Source: Candidatus Parcubacteria bacterium
Lineage (GTDB): Bacteria; Patescibacteriota; Patescibacteriia; Patescibacteriales; UBA12075
Length of the DNA: 64,000 nucleotides
Assembly (NCBI GenBank): GCA_963814275.1
Contig: CAWFCE010000001.1
Coordinates: 387,307-451,306 of the forward strand
Direction: 5' to 3'
The position numbers and the translations under genes are program-made. Shown piece after piece: positions 40,686 through 49,205 of the stretch (position 1 is the stretch's first letter; each line of letters opens with the position of its first letter). Below the pieces are notes generated by a model that made no database searches, was not told the DNA's origin, and saw only the letters and a list, made by a program, of their open reading frames with translations.

Positions 40686-42269
40686 ATGATTAGACGAATT
40701 TTAAACATTTCGATCGCCCTCCTAATAATGATTACCGCGGCCTGGCCTTTGGCGCCGGCGGCGGCTTATTATTTCGACGGCGGTAATTTTAACTACGGTT
40801 TCACCAAACTGGGAACCGATTATCGCAAAATCAACAATGAGGAATACGACATTGTGGGACAGCGGACGAATTTTGGCGTCAATGACCATATCGTGGTCCT
40901 GACCAAATTGAACGATATCAGCAACATCGACCGTTTTCGCTACCGCCATGAAGTGAGGAACAGGAATGGCGGAGTGGTGCGTTCCTGGGATTCGCCGGAA
41001 TACCGTCCGGGCGGCGATTCCTGGAAAGTGAATTATACCTGGCATGATTTCGATCGCTTGCCGGCCGGCGACTATGATATGCGCGTACTGGTCAGTATCA
41101 ATAATGGCGGCTTCCAGGAGATCGATACCCAGCGCTTTACGGTCGGGGATGCTTACAAAAATTACGACAACAGCCACTACAATTATAATGATAATTATTA
41201 TAACAATAATTATAATAATTATCATAACAATAACGGAGAGTGCTATGGATACAATTGCGCCGTAAATGCCGGTTATTATTATCCGACTTACGCGAATTCC
41301 CCGCAGTATGAGCTGGACTGGCTCAAAGTCGGTACACAGGCAAGGAATATCGGTTCCTGGCGCTGGCAGCTGAATAGCGACAAATCCAGCTTCACCACCG
41401 GCGACCGGATCGTAGCCATGACCGCGCTCAAAAATATCCGCTATACCGACCAGTTCCAGGTCAAACACGAGATCTACCAGGGTAGCCGCCTGGTTTACAG
41501 CAAAATTTCCCCGATCCAATACCCGCACGGCGCTTATTGGGAGGGGAATTACGCTTGGGCCGATTTCGGCACCTTGCCGTCCGGCAGCTACCAGGTTAAA
41601 TCCTATGTCAGCGTTAACGGCGGCAGCTACAGCTATCTGACCGCCAAGACCATCAGTGTATCAGGCGCCACCAACGCCAATTATTGCCGGGACAACCGCT
41701 GTTACCCGAATTACAAAGAAGCTTACCATTACGACTGGACGTACGCGGATTACAACGTACGGCAAATCAGTACTTATAATTTCACCGTCGATAATCCGAA
41801 AACCAGCTTCTATACCGATGAACGGGTCATGGTGCTGACCAAGCTGACAGCTTTGAGCGGCATCGACACTTTCCGCGTTAAGCAGGAGCTCTACCGCGAT
41901 AACACGATGATCAAAAACCTGATATCAACCACCCGCACGCCGCATTACCAATACTGGGATTACAACTACACCCAGGCGGATTACGGGTTGTTGCCTGCCG
42001 GCTCATACAGCGTCAAAGCGTATATTCAGATCAATGACGGTTCATACCGCTATCTGGGCAGCCAGAGCTTCACGGTAAAAGCCAGGTATAATTATCAATA
42101 TAGCTATCACCCCGACAGCTACAATTACAACAACGATAACAATTACAACTACAATAATTATTACAGCCAGCCGTCATACCAATATGGGGGAACGCAGTTC
42201 AGCACGAATGCCGGTAATTATCAGAATTATCCATATTCACCTTACGGAACTTACGCTTATTACCGATAG
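40686..42269 (+). CDS. Secreted protein with three roughly 90-aa domain repeats and Asn/Tyr-rich linkers
   Basis: AAGGAGG lies upstream and a signal peptide is present. The repeats share the pattern F..D.IV.LTKL....D.F..K.E...........Y....W...Y.W.DFG.LP.G.Y.V. N/Y tracts such as NYNDNYYNNNYNNYHNNN are present. Confidence 0.6.
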   Translation: MIRRILNISIALLIMITAAWPLAPAAAYYFDGGNFNYGFTKLGTDYRKINNEEYDIVGQRTNFGVNDHIVVLTKLNDISNIDRFRYRHEVRNRNGGVVRSWDSPEYRPGGDSWKVNYTWHDFDRLPAGDYDMRVLVSINNGGFQEIDTQRFTVGDAYKNYDNSHYNYNDNYYNNNYNNYHNNNGECYGYNCAVNAGYYYPTYANSPQYELDWLKVGTQARNIGSWRWQLNSDKSSFTTGDRIVAMTALKNIRYTDQFQVKHEIYQGSRLVYSKISPIQYPHGAYWEGNYAWADFGTLPSGSYQVKSYVSVNGGSYSYLTAKTISVSGATNANYCRDNRCYPNYKEAYHYDWTYADYNVRQISTYNFTVDNPKTSFYTDERVMVLTKLTALSGIDTFRVKQELYRDNTMIKNLISTTRTPHYQYWDYNYTQADYGLLPAGSYSVKAYIQINDGSYRYLGSQSFTVKARYNYQYSYHPDSYNYNNDNNYNYNNYYSQPSYQYGGTQFSTNAGNYQNYPYSPYGTYAYYR

Positions 42270-42301
42270 TACACGCAACACATAACATAGAACACATATC
42301 A

Positions 42302-42336
42302 CCAGGGATCAATTAGCAATGATTCCTGGTTTTTTA
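42302..42336 (+). terminator. Intrinsic terminator
   Basis: CCAGGGATC-N10-GATTCCTGG (one G-U pair), followed by TTTTTTA. Confidence 0.7.
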
Positions 42337-42363
42337 TTTAATATTATTATTTATTTATAGGTA

Positions 42364-42392
42364 TTGACTTTCGTCTTTTGTTCGTGTATAAT
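42364..42392 (+). promoter_or_regulatory. lexA promoter
   Basis: TTGACT (42364-42369), 17-nt spacer, TATAAT (42387-42392). Confidence 0.5.
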
Positions 42393-42407
42393 AATAGTAG
42401 GCGTAGT

Positions 42408-42495
42408 GTAGGCTTGTAGGCTTGTAGGCTTGTAGGCTTGTAGGCTTGTAGGCTTGTAGGCTTGTAGGCTTGTAGGCTTGTAGGCTTGTAGGCTT
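42408..42495 (+). repeat. Perfect tandem octamer (GTAGGCTT) x 11 in the lexA leader
   Basis: Counted by hand from 42408 to 42495. Degenerate copies flank it (GTAGGCGTAGT upstream, GTAGGCGGTAGGCGG downstream). Confidence 0.95.
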
Positions 42496-42561
42496 GTAGG
42501 CGGTAGGCGGTTTATTAATTTTATACTTAATACTTAATACTAAATACTAAATACTAATCAC

Positions 42562-43173
42562 ATGGGTAATCAACTTACCAAACGCCAGCGGGAGATCCTT
42601 GATTTTATCACCGATTTCACCGGAGAAAAGGGATACGCGCCCAGCATCCGCGAGATCGGCGAGCATTTCGGATTGACTTCGCCGGCGACAGTCCATGCCC
42701 ATCTGGAAAATCTCAAGAATAAGGGATTTCTCAAAAAGGGCTACAACGAGGCCCGGTCCGTCGAGCTCAATCCGGTGTCAGTCAGCTGGTCGCAGGCTTT
42801 TGAGCTGCCTTTGGCCGGTTTGATCACTGCCGGGGAACCGATCGAGGCGATCGAAGAAAAAGAGACTATTGCCGTACCTGCCAATTTCGTGTCCGACCGC
42901 GCCAACAGCTATGTGCTCAAAGTCCGGGGCGAATCAATGATCGAGGACGGTATCCTGGACGGGGATTACGTGATCGTCGAGCGCAACCCATCGCCGCATA
43001 ACGGCGATATCGTGGTGGCGCTCCTCAACAACGCTTACGCCACCCTCAAGAAATTCTACCGGGAAACCAACCGCATCCGCCTCCAGCCGGCAAATTCCAG
43101 CATGAAGCCGATCTACGCCAAGGACCCGCTGATCCAGGGGATTGTGCGCGGCGTGATCAGGCGCTTCGCGTGA
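42562..43173 (+). CDS. lexA: LexA repressor (S24 peptidase)
   Basis: Winged-helix N-terminus: LTKRQREILDFI...GYAPSIREIG. VRGESMIEDGILDGDYVIVE contains the catalytic Ser, and LKKF contains the Lys. Confidence 0.95.
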   Translation: MGNQLTKRQREILDFITDFTGEKGYAPSIREIGEHFGLTSPATVHAHLENLKNKGFLKKGYNEARSVELNPVSVSWSQAFELPLAGLITAGEPIEAIEEKETIAVPANFVSDRANSYVLKVRGESMIEDGILDGDYVIVERNPSPHNGDIVVALLNNAYATLKKFYRETNRIRLQPANSSMKPIYAKDPLIQGIVRGVIRRFA

Positions 43174-43213
43174 ATCGTGGAGCGGAGAGTGGGGATCGGA
43201 GAGCGGGGAGCGT
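43168..43213 (+). repeat. G/A-rich post-stop word motif
   Basis: GCGTGAATCGTGGAGCGGAGAGTGGGGATCGGAGAGCGGGGAGCG. The lexA TGA stop lies inside the CGTGAATCG word. Confidence 0.6.
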
Positions 43214-43367
43214 TTATTTGTTTTGAATAATGGCATACATATTTATGATTTAAATTTTGTAGTGAATTAAAATGATTTACGATTTTTGATTTCCGATTTA
43301 CGAAAAGAATTAATGTTTAACAGGAAATAATTTAGTTGCCAGCGGCAACTTTTTTATTTTTAAAATC

Positions 43368-43429
43368 TTGACAATACTAGACCACTGGTCTACAATACTA
43401 TTAGACCACTGGTCTAGACTAATAGTCTA
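43368..43429 (+). promoter_or_regulatory. Promoter with three 15-bp palindromic operators (presumed TetR sites)
   Basis: TTGACA lies at 43368-43373. TAGACCAcTGGTCTA occurs at 43378-43392 and 43402-43416. TAGACTAaTAGTCTA occurs at 43415-43429. Confidence 0.7.
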
Positions 43430-43445
43430 AAATAATTTGTTTAAT

Positions 43446-44141
43446 ATGAGCAAAAATTTGGAAAATAAAAATTTTCAACAGGGTAAGATAATGGATGTGA
43501 CTGAAAAAATTTTGCTGGAACAGGGTTATGAGAATACTTCGGTAAACGACATAATAAAGCGCCAGGGTATTGCCAAAGGCACCTTTTACCATTATTTTCC
43601 TTCCAAAGAAAGCCTGTTAGACCGTATCATCGAGCGGTTAATGGATAAGGCTATGCCTGGCGTGTTAGCCATTGTCGATGATGCGGAATTAAACGCCCTG
43701 GACAAGCTAAACCGGATTTTCTATTATTCCAAGAATTACAAAATGGCGAATATGAGTTTGCTGCGGCCGCTCACCCGCTGGCTGCTAAGCGAGAATAACA
43801 TCCGTTTTCGCCACAAGATTATGAGCGGCTATACGGTGAAAATTACCCCGCTTATAACCCGCATTTTGGAACAGGGCAAACAAGAAGGAGTGTTTGAAAT
43901 TAACGACCCGCAGGCAACCGCGGAAATGATCTTACACCTGGCCATAGACATGGGTGAAAGCGTCTCACCCTTGGTAACAAAGTCTAAATTGGATGCGGAT
44001 TTGCTCGAAATGTTAAAGAGAAAAATAAACGCCTATACCGGGGCGATCGAACGGATACTGGGGGTCGGTCCGGGAAAGGTCAAATTGATGGATGAAAAAG
44101 AAATCGCAGGATATTTGGCTGAATTTATGTCTGAAAAATAG
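43446..44141 (+). CDS. TetR/AcrR-family transcriptional regulator
   Basis: The HTH is GYENTSVNDIIKRQGIAKGTFYHYFPSKESLL. The first ATG is at 43446; the track ORF starts at TTG 43437. Confidence 0.85.
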   Translation: MSKNLENKNFQQGKIMDVTEKILLEQGYENTSVNDIIKRQGIAKGTFYHYFPSKESLLDRIIERLMDKAMPGVLAIVDDAELNALDKLNRIFYYSKNYKMANMSLLRPLTRWLLSENNIRFRHKIMSGYTVKITPLITRILEQGKQEGVFEINDPQATAEMILHLAIDMGESVSPLVTKSKLDADLLEMLKRKINAYTGAIERILGVGPGKVKLMDEKEIAGYLAEFMSEK

Positions 44142-44201
44142 ATATTTTTTGCAAAATATGTTATAATATTTATATTGATAATATCGTAAAAATCAATATA
44201 A

Positions 44202-44600
44202 ATGAATAAATTGTTTATAATCGAGGATGATATCAATTTGCTGACCGCTATCCGGGCGAAATTCAATGTCATGGGGTACGGGACGGAAGTCAGCAACGGG
44301 GAAGATACGCTGAATGGCATTGTCGAGAAGATAAAATTGTCCAAGGCCGATTATATAATCCTGGATCTGCTGTTGCCCCGGCTGGATGGCTTCGATCTAT
44401 TGTATGCCATCAAAGCCGATCCCGATACGGCAGCCATTCCCGTATTCGTGTTCAGTGACCTGAGCGAAGCGGACGCGGGGCAAAGATGCCGCAGGCTGGG
44501 GGCGGACTTTTATTTCATTAAAACCGATTTTGGCCTGGACCTGTTTACGGATAAAATAAATAAAATAATCATTAATCGCGACAAAAAGCATGGCGGCTAA
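44202..44600 (+). CDS. Stand-alone response-regulator receiver domain (CheY-like)
   Basis: Contains FIIEDD, ILDLLLPRLDG (phospho-acceptor Asp) and VFVFSD...FIKTD. It overlaps the next gene by 11 nt. Confidence 0.8.
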   Translation: MNKLFIIEDDINLLTAIRAKFNVMGYGTEVSNGEDTLNGIVEKIKLSKADYIILDLLLPRLDGFDLLYAIKADPDTAAIPVFVFSDLSEADAGQRCRRLGADFYFIKTDFGLDLFTDKINKIIINRDKKHGG

Positions 44601-46500
44601 AAAAAAGACAAAAAGAATAATCATCATCATATCGATCGCGGCGCTTATCGGCGTGATCGCGTTTTTCTCTTTTTCATCCGGCAAAACCAAGACTCAATAT
44701 GTTACGGCCAAAGCCGAGCGCGGCACGATCATCCAGACAGTCAGTGAGACCGGTACCGTAAAAAGCGACCAGGAGATCAATTTGAGCTTTATCAACTCGG
44801 GCCGTTTGGCAAAGAGCTACGTAAAGACCGGCGACGCGGTTACCGCCGGACAGCTTTTGGCCGAATTGGATTATAGCGATCTGGCCGCCAGCCGCGAACA
44901 GTACAATGCCAGTTTGTCGGTAGCACAATACGAGCTGAGCAAACTGATGTCTGGCGCCACCAGCGAGGATATTTCGATCGCCCAGGCCGGCGTGAATCAG
45001 GCCAAAGCCAGCTATGACGCCGCCCAGCGCGAATTGGACCGCGCCCACACTACCGTCAGCGAATCGATCAGCCAAGCCGATAAAACATACAACGATCTTA
45101 TGTCAACGGCTCCCGATACCCTGACGGCTGCCGAGCAGGCGGTTTCTACTGCCCAAACCAATCTGGAGAACGGCAAGGCGGTTTATCAGAAAGCCCTTGA
45201 TGACGCGCGCGAAACCGGCCTGACCGCGGCCAGCAACAAAAACGCGTCCGCTGAAGCTGCTTTAGCGGGGATAAATCGAATTTTGACCGACGAAGATGCC
45301 AAAGACCTTTTGGGGCAAAAAGATCCGCAAACGAAAATTTCCGTGGAAGGCGCCTATAATGAAGCCATGATTTTGCTGACATCTGCCAATAATAGCGTAG
45401 TGATAGCGACCGCCAATTCATCCGAGGATGCGGTCAGACAAGCGCTGGATACTTCGCTTATGTTATTGAATAAGGTTTTTTCGGCCTTGAATTATTGCTT
45501 CAGCGCCCTGGATAGTTCCGTAACTTCATCCGATTTTTCCCAGACTGACGTAGATGCATTTAAAGCAAATATCAATACTCAGCAAACCGCTATAGCCGCC
45601 GCCATCAGTTCGGTAGAATCGTCCCGGCAGGTATTCAATACGGCCAAATTGAACTATGATACGAAAACGGAAGAGCTGCAGGCGGCATTGGAATCGGCCC
45701 GGACCGCCCTGGACCAGGCCAAGCTTAACGCCAAGAATGCCCTGGCTACGGCGCGGGCGGCGGGAGACCAGCAGATAACAGCAGCCGAATCGAGAGTCGC
45801 AACCGCGAAGGAAGCATGGCTTCTGGCCCAAAGCCAACTGAACAAGCAATTGGCTCCGGCCGATTCGCATGACGTATCCCTATATCAGGCGCGGGTGGCG
45901 CAAGCCGACGCTTCGCTCAAAACTATCGATAGCCAGATAGAAAAATCAAAAATATATGCGCCAATCGACGGTACGATCACTCAGGCCAATTATGAAGTCG
46001 GCGAACCGGTAATGCCGGGGGGACAGCCGGCCATGGCTATGCTGGGCGAAAATAATTATGAGATCGAAGTATTGATATCCGAAGCGGATATCGCCAAGAT
46101 CCAGGTGGAGGACCCGGTGGAGATTACGCTTGACGCCTACGGGGAAGACGTGAAATTTATCGGTACGCTGAAGTTTATCGAGCCGGCGGAGACGGTGATC
46201 CAGGATGTGGTCTATTATAAGGTGACGGTCAGTTTCGACCCCCTGGAGAAAGAAGTAAAAACCGGTATGACCGCCAATGCCATTATTACCACCGCCAAAA
46301 AGGATGACGTGTTGATCGTCCCCAGTCGGGCTGTGGTCGACAAGAACAGCGATGGGAAATTTATCCGTATTTTGGATAACGGACAGCTCCAGGAATATCC
46401 GGTTACGCTTGGTCTGCGCGGCGATGACGGCTTGGTGGAAATATTGACCGGTGTCGAACCGGGACAGGTGGTGGTGACGTCAGTGGTAAACGGGAATTAA
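44590..46500 (+). CDS. Efflux adaptor (HlyD/MacA-type membrane fusion protein) with a very long coiled-coil
   Basis: N-terminal TM helix. Lipoyl/beta-barrel motifs VKTGDAVTAGQLLAELD, IYAPIDGTITQANYEVGEPV and LIVPSRAVV. 636 aa. Confidence 0.8.
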   Translation: MAAKKKTKRIIIIISIAALIGVIAFFSFSSGKTKTQYVTAKAERGTIIQTVSETGTVKSDQEINLSFINSGRLAKSYVKTGDAVTAGQLLAELDYSDLAASREQYNASLSVAQYELSKLMSGATSEDISIAQAGVNQAKASYDAAQRELDRAHTTVSESISQADKTYNDLMSTAPDTLTAAEQAVSTAQTNLENGKAVYQKALDDARETGLTAASNKNASAEAALAGINRILTDEDAKDLLGQKDPQTKISVEGAYNEAMILLTSANNSVVIATANSSEDAVRQALDTSLMLLNKVFSALNYCFSALDSSVTSSDFSQTDVDAFKANINTQQTAIAAAISSVESSRQVFNTAKLNYDTKTEELQAALESARTALDQAKLNAKNALATARAAGDQQITAAESRVATAKEAWLLAQSQLNKQLAPADSHDVSLYQARVAQADASLKTIDSQIEKSKIYAPIDGTITQANYEVGEPVMPGGQPAMAMLGENNYEIEVLISEADIAKIQVEDPVEITLDAYGEDVKFIGTLKFIEPAETVIQDVVYYKVTVSFDPLEKEVKTGMTANAIITTAKKDDVLIVPSRAVVDKNSDGKFIRILDNGQLQEYPVTLGLRGDDGLVEILTGVEPGQVVVTSVVNGN

Positions 46501-46872
46501 AAATTATATTTTGCAGTTAGTGTGATGATCTAATAAACAATCTGAATATTTTTCAAGACTGGAAATTGAGACTCGAGAAAAACCTTATAAAATTAAAAAT
46601 TCGTGAGAATCCGTGTGAAAACGTCTAATATTGCATTATCGTATTTTTCCGCAATCGGCCGAAAAAACAGATTTTCTCATCTCTCAAATTAGAAATTTGG
46701 CTTGTAATACTCCCTAATTTCAAGTATCAAATTTCAAATTTCTAACAATAATTACAGAATTAACTCTGTAATTAAATATTTCAGCGTTAAATCCACGGCA
46801 TAATTGTTTAATATTCCTGCCAACTATGTTTGTCGTAAAAGCTAAAAGAAACACTTTACGAAGTTTACAAAT

Positions 46873-47586
46873 ATGCTAATTACAGTTAAAGACCTGAGAA
46901 AACGCTACGAGAACGAAGGGCTGGTGACAAAGGTGTTGCACGGCCTTTCTTTTGTAATTGAAGAAGGGGAATTCGTCGCGATCATGGGTCCGAGCGGCTC
47001 GGGCAAATCGACCCTCATGCATATTCTGGGACTACTCGACCGGGCTTCGAGCGGCTCGTACCGATTTGCCGACCGTGAAGTGACGAATCTGGATGACAAT
47101 GAGCTGGCCCAGCTGCGCAACCGCCAGATCGGCTTCGTTTTCCAGTCCTTCAATCTTCTGCCGCGTACGACCGTTTTGGACAACGTCAAACTGCCGCTCA
47201 CCTATGCCCAGGACAAAAGCCGGGCGGACGAACGGGCCGCCGCGGTCCTCGAAAGCGTCGGTCTCGGGCACCGGCTCAGGTATTATACCAACCAGATATC
47301 CGGCGGCGAGAAGCAGCGGGTGGCGATCGCCCGGGCGCTGGTCAATAAGCCGTCGATTATTTTCGCCGATGAGCCGACCGGCAATCTTGATTCCAAGTCA
47401 GGCATCCAGGTAATGGAAATATTGCAGAAGCTCAATGACGCCGGCAATACGATCATTCTGGTCACCCATGAGACCTATACCGCCGAACATGCCAAGCGGA
47501 TAATCAACATCCGCGACGGCCGGATCACGAGCGACCAGCCGGTCGCCAACCGCCGCATCGCGCATGATGGGGAAATACTGAAGTGA
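46873..47586 (+). CDS. ABC transporter ATP-binding protein (MacB/LolD type)
   Basis: Walker A GPSGSGKST, signature SGGEKQRVAIARAL, Walker B IIFADEPTGNLD. Confidence 0.95.
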   Translation: MLITVKDLRKRYENEGLVTKVLHGLSFVIEEGEFVAIMGPSGSGKSTLMHILGLLDRASSGSYRFADREVTNLDDNELAQLRNRQIGFVFQSFNLLPRTTVLDNVKLPLTYAQDKSRADERAAAVLESVGLGHRLRYYTNQISGGEKQRVAIARALVNKPSIIFADEPTGNLDSKSGIQVMEILQKLNDAGNTIILVTHETYTAEHAKRIINIRDGRITSDQPVANRRIAHDGEILK

Positions 47587-47763
47587 TTTTTCATATTTCA
47601 ATATTTTTTAGTAAGCAAACAAAGAATTGGCCGTTATTGAAGTTTAATCAAACAATTTTCAATAATCCAATTTTCAATTTTCAATCAATATAAGATATTA
47701 ACATTTAATTTTCAACGTTTTGTTTTGATATTAAATATTGAAAATTAAATATTGATTGAATTA

Positions 47764-47783
47764 CCTGCCTGCCGGCAGGCAGG
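47764..47783. repeat. Exact copy of the dispersed 20-nt GC palindrome
   Basis: CCTGCCTGCCGGCAGGCAGG lies at the centre of an AT-rich spacer, 31 nt upstream of the permease ATG. Confidence 0.9.
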
Positions 47784-47814
47784 TTGGATTATTGAAAATT
47801 TTAAAATTTAAATC

Positions 47815-49068
47815 ATGTTTGCCGCTTTCCGCCAATCTATCCGTTCTTCCACCACCGCGCTCCTCGCCAATAAAGCGCGGAGTTTTTTGACTATGCTCGG
47901 CATCATCATCGGCGTGGGCGCGGTCGTTATCATTATCGCGGTCGGCGCCGGCGCCCAGAGCCTGATCCTGGCCCAGGTCAAGTCCCTGGGGACGAATATG
48001 ATCGGCGTCTTGCCGGGCAATTCCGGCAAAGACGAACCGCCGGCTTCGGCAATGGGAGTGGTCATTACTACTTTGACCTATGACGACGCGAAAGCCCTGG
48101 AAAAGCCGCAAAATGTGCCGAATTTATCCGGCCTGGTGGCGTACAGCAAGGGCGTCGGCACCCTGGAATGGGGAAGCAACAGCTATGAAGGCAATTTGAG
48201 CGGCTGTACGGTCGGTTATCTGGACGTCGAGGGCGGGGAAGTGGATAAAGGCCGGTTTTTCACGGCTGAAGAAGAAGTCAATCTGTCACGGGTGGTGGTA
48301 TTGGGCAGCACCGTCAAGCAGGAATTATTCGGAGAATCGGAGGCGGTCGGCCAGCGGATCAAGGTCAAGAACCACAGTTTCGAGGTAATCGGCGTGATGA
48401 AAGAGCGGGGAACGGTCGCGTTCCAGAACTATGATGACCAGGTATTCATACCGATCAAGACTATGCAAAAAACCCTCGAGGGGGTGAACCACATCAGCAT
48501 GATCCGCGCCAAGGTGGACTCGGCCGAAAATATCGATCGGGCGTTGGAGGACGTAAAGATGACTCTGCGCGAGCGGCATGATATCACCGACCAAAGCGGG
48601 GCGAATGACGATTTCACCGTCCGGAGCGCCGCCCAGGCATTGGACATGATCACGACCATCACTAATGCGCTTAAATATTTCCTGGCCGCCATGGCTGCTT
48701 TGTCCTTATTGGTGGGCGGGATCGGTATTATGAACATCATGCTGGTGGCGGTATCCGAGCGGACGCGCGAGATCGGCCTGAGGAAAGCGGTCGGCGCGAA
48801 CCATGCGGACATCCTGAGCCAGTTCCTGATCGAATCCGTTACCGTAACGATGTTCGGCGGCATATTCGGTATCGTCGGCGGCAGTATTATATCTTTTTTG
48901 GTAGCGGTGGTTGCCCGGTATCTCGATTATGACTGGGCTTTTATCGTATCCTGGCAGTCAATTGCCTTATCGGTCGGCGTATCGACCCTGGTCGGGATAA
49001 TCTTCGGCCTCTATCCGGCGAGTAAAGCCAGCAAGCTCGATCCGATCGAAGCCCTTAGATACGAATGA
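47815..49068 (+). CDS. ABC transporter permease (MacB periplasmic domain + FtsX)
   Basis: 417 aa. Contains ANKARSFLTMLGIIIGVGAVV and RTREIGLRKAVGA, with a C-terminal FGLYPASKASKLDPIEALRYE. Confidence 0.9.
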   Translation: MFAAFRQSIRSSTTALLANKARSFLTMLGIIIGVGAVVIIIAVGAGAQSLILAQVKSLGTNMIGVLPGNSGKDEPPASAMGVVITTLTYDDAKALEKPQNVPNLSGLVAYSKGVGTLEWGSNSYEGNLSGCTVGYLDVEGGEVDKGRFFTAEEEVNLSRVVVLGSTVKQELFGESEAVGQRIKVKNHSFEVIGVMKERGTVAFQNYDDQVFIPIKTMQKTLEGVNHISMIRAKVDSAENIDRALEDVKMTLRERHDITDQSGANDDFTVRSAAQALDMITTITNALKYFLAAMAALSLLVGGIGIMNIMLVAVSERTREIGLRKAVGANHADILSQFLIESVTVTMFGGIFGIVGGSIISFLVAVVARYLDYDWAFIVSWQSIALSVGVSTLVGIIFGLYPASKASKLDPIEALRYE

Positions 49069-49205
49069 AATTTGAATTCACGAAAATATAATCCGAATGC
49101 TACGAATCGCATTTGCCGGATTATTCGGATCGTCATTCGGGGCATTCGGATCGTCATTCGGGGCATTCGGATTAATACTATTCGTAGATTCGGATTACAT
49201 CAAAT

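Noticed and set aside
42340-42400. Canonical SOS (LexA) box in the lexA promoter.
   Set aside because: Only a half-site-like TGTTCG is present. There is no GAAC-N4-GTTC or CTGT-N8-ACAG palindrome. The LexA operator for this lineage cannot be inferred from one promoter.
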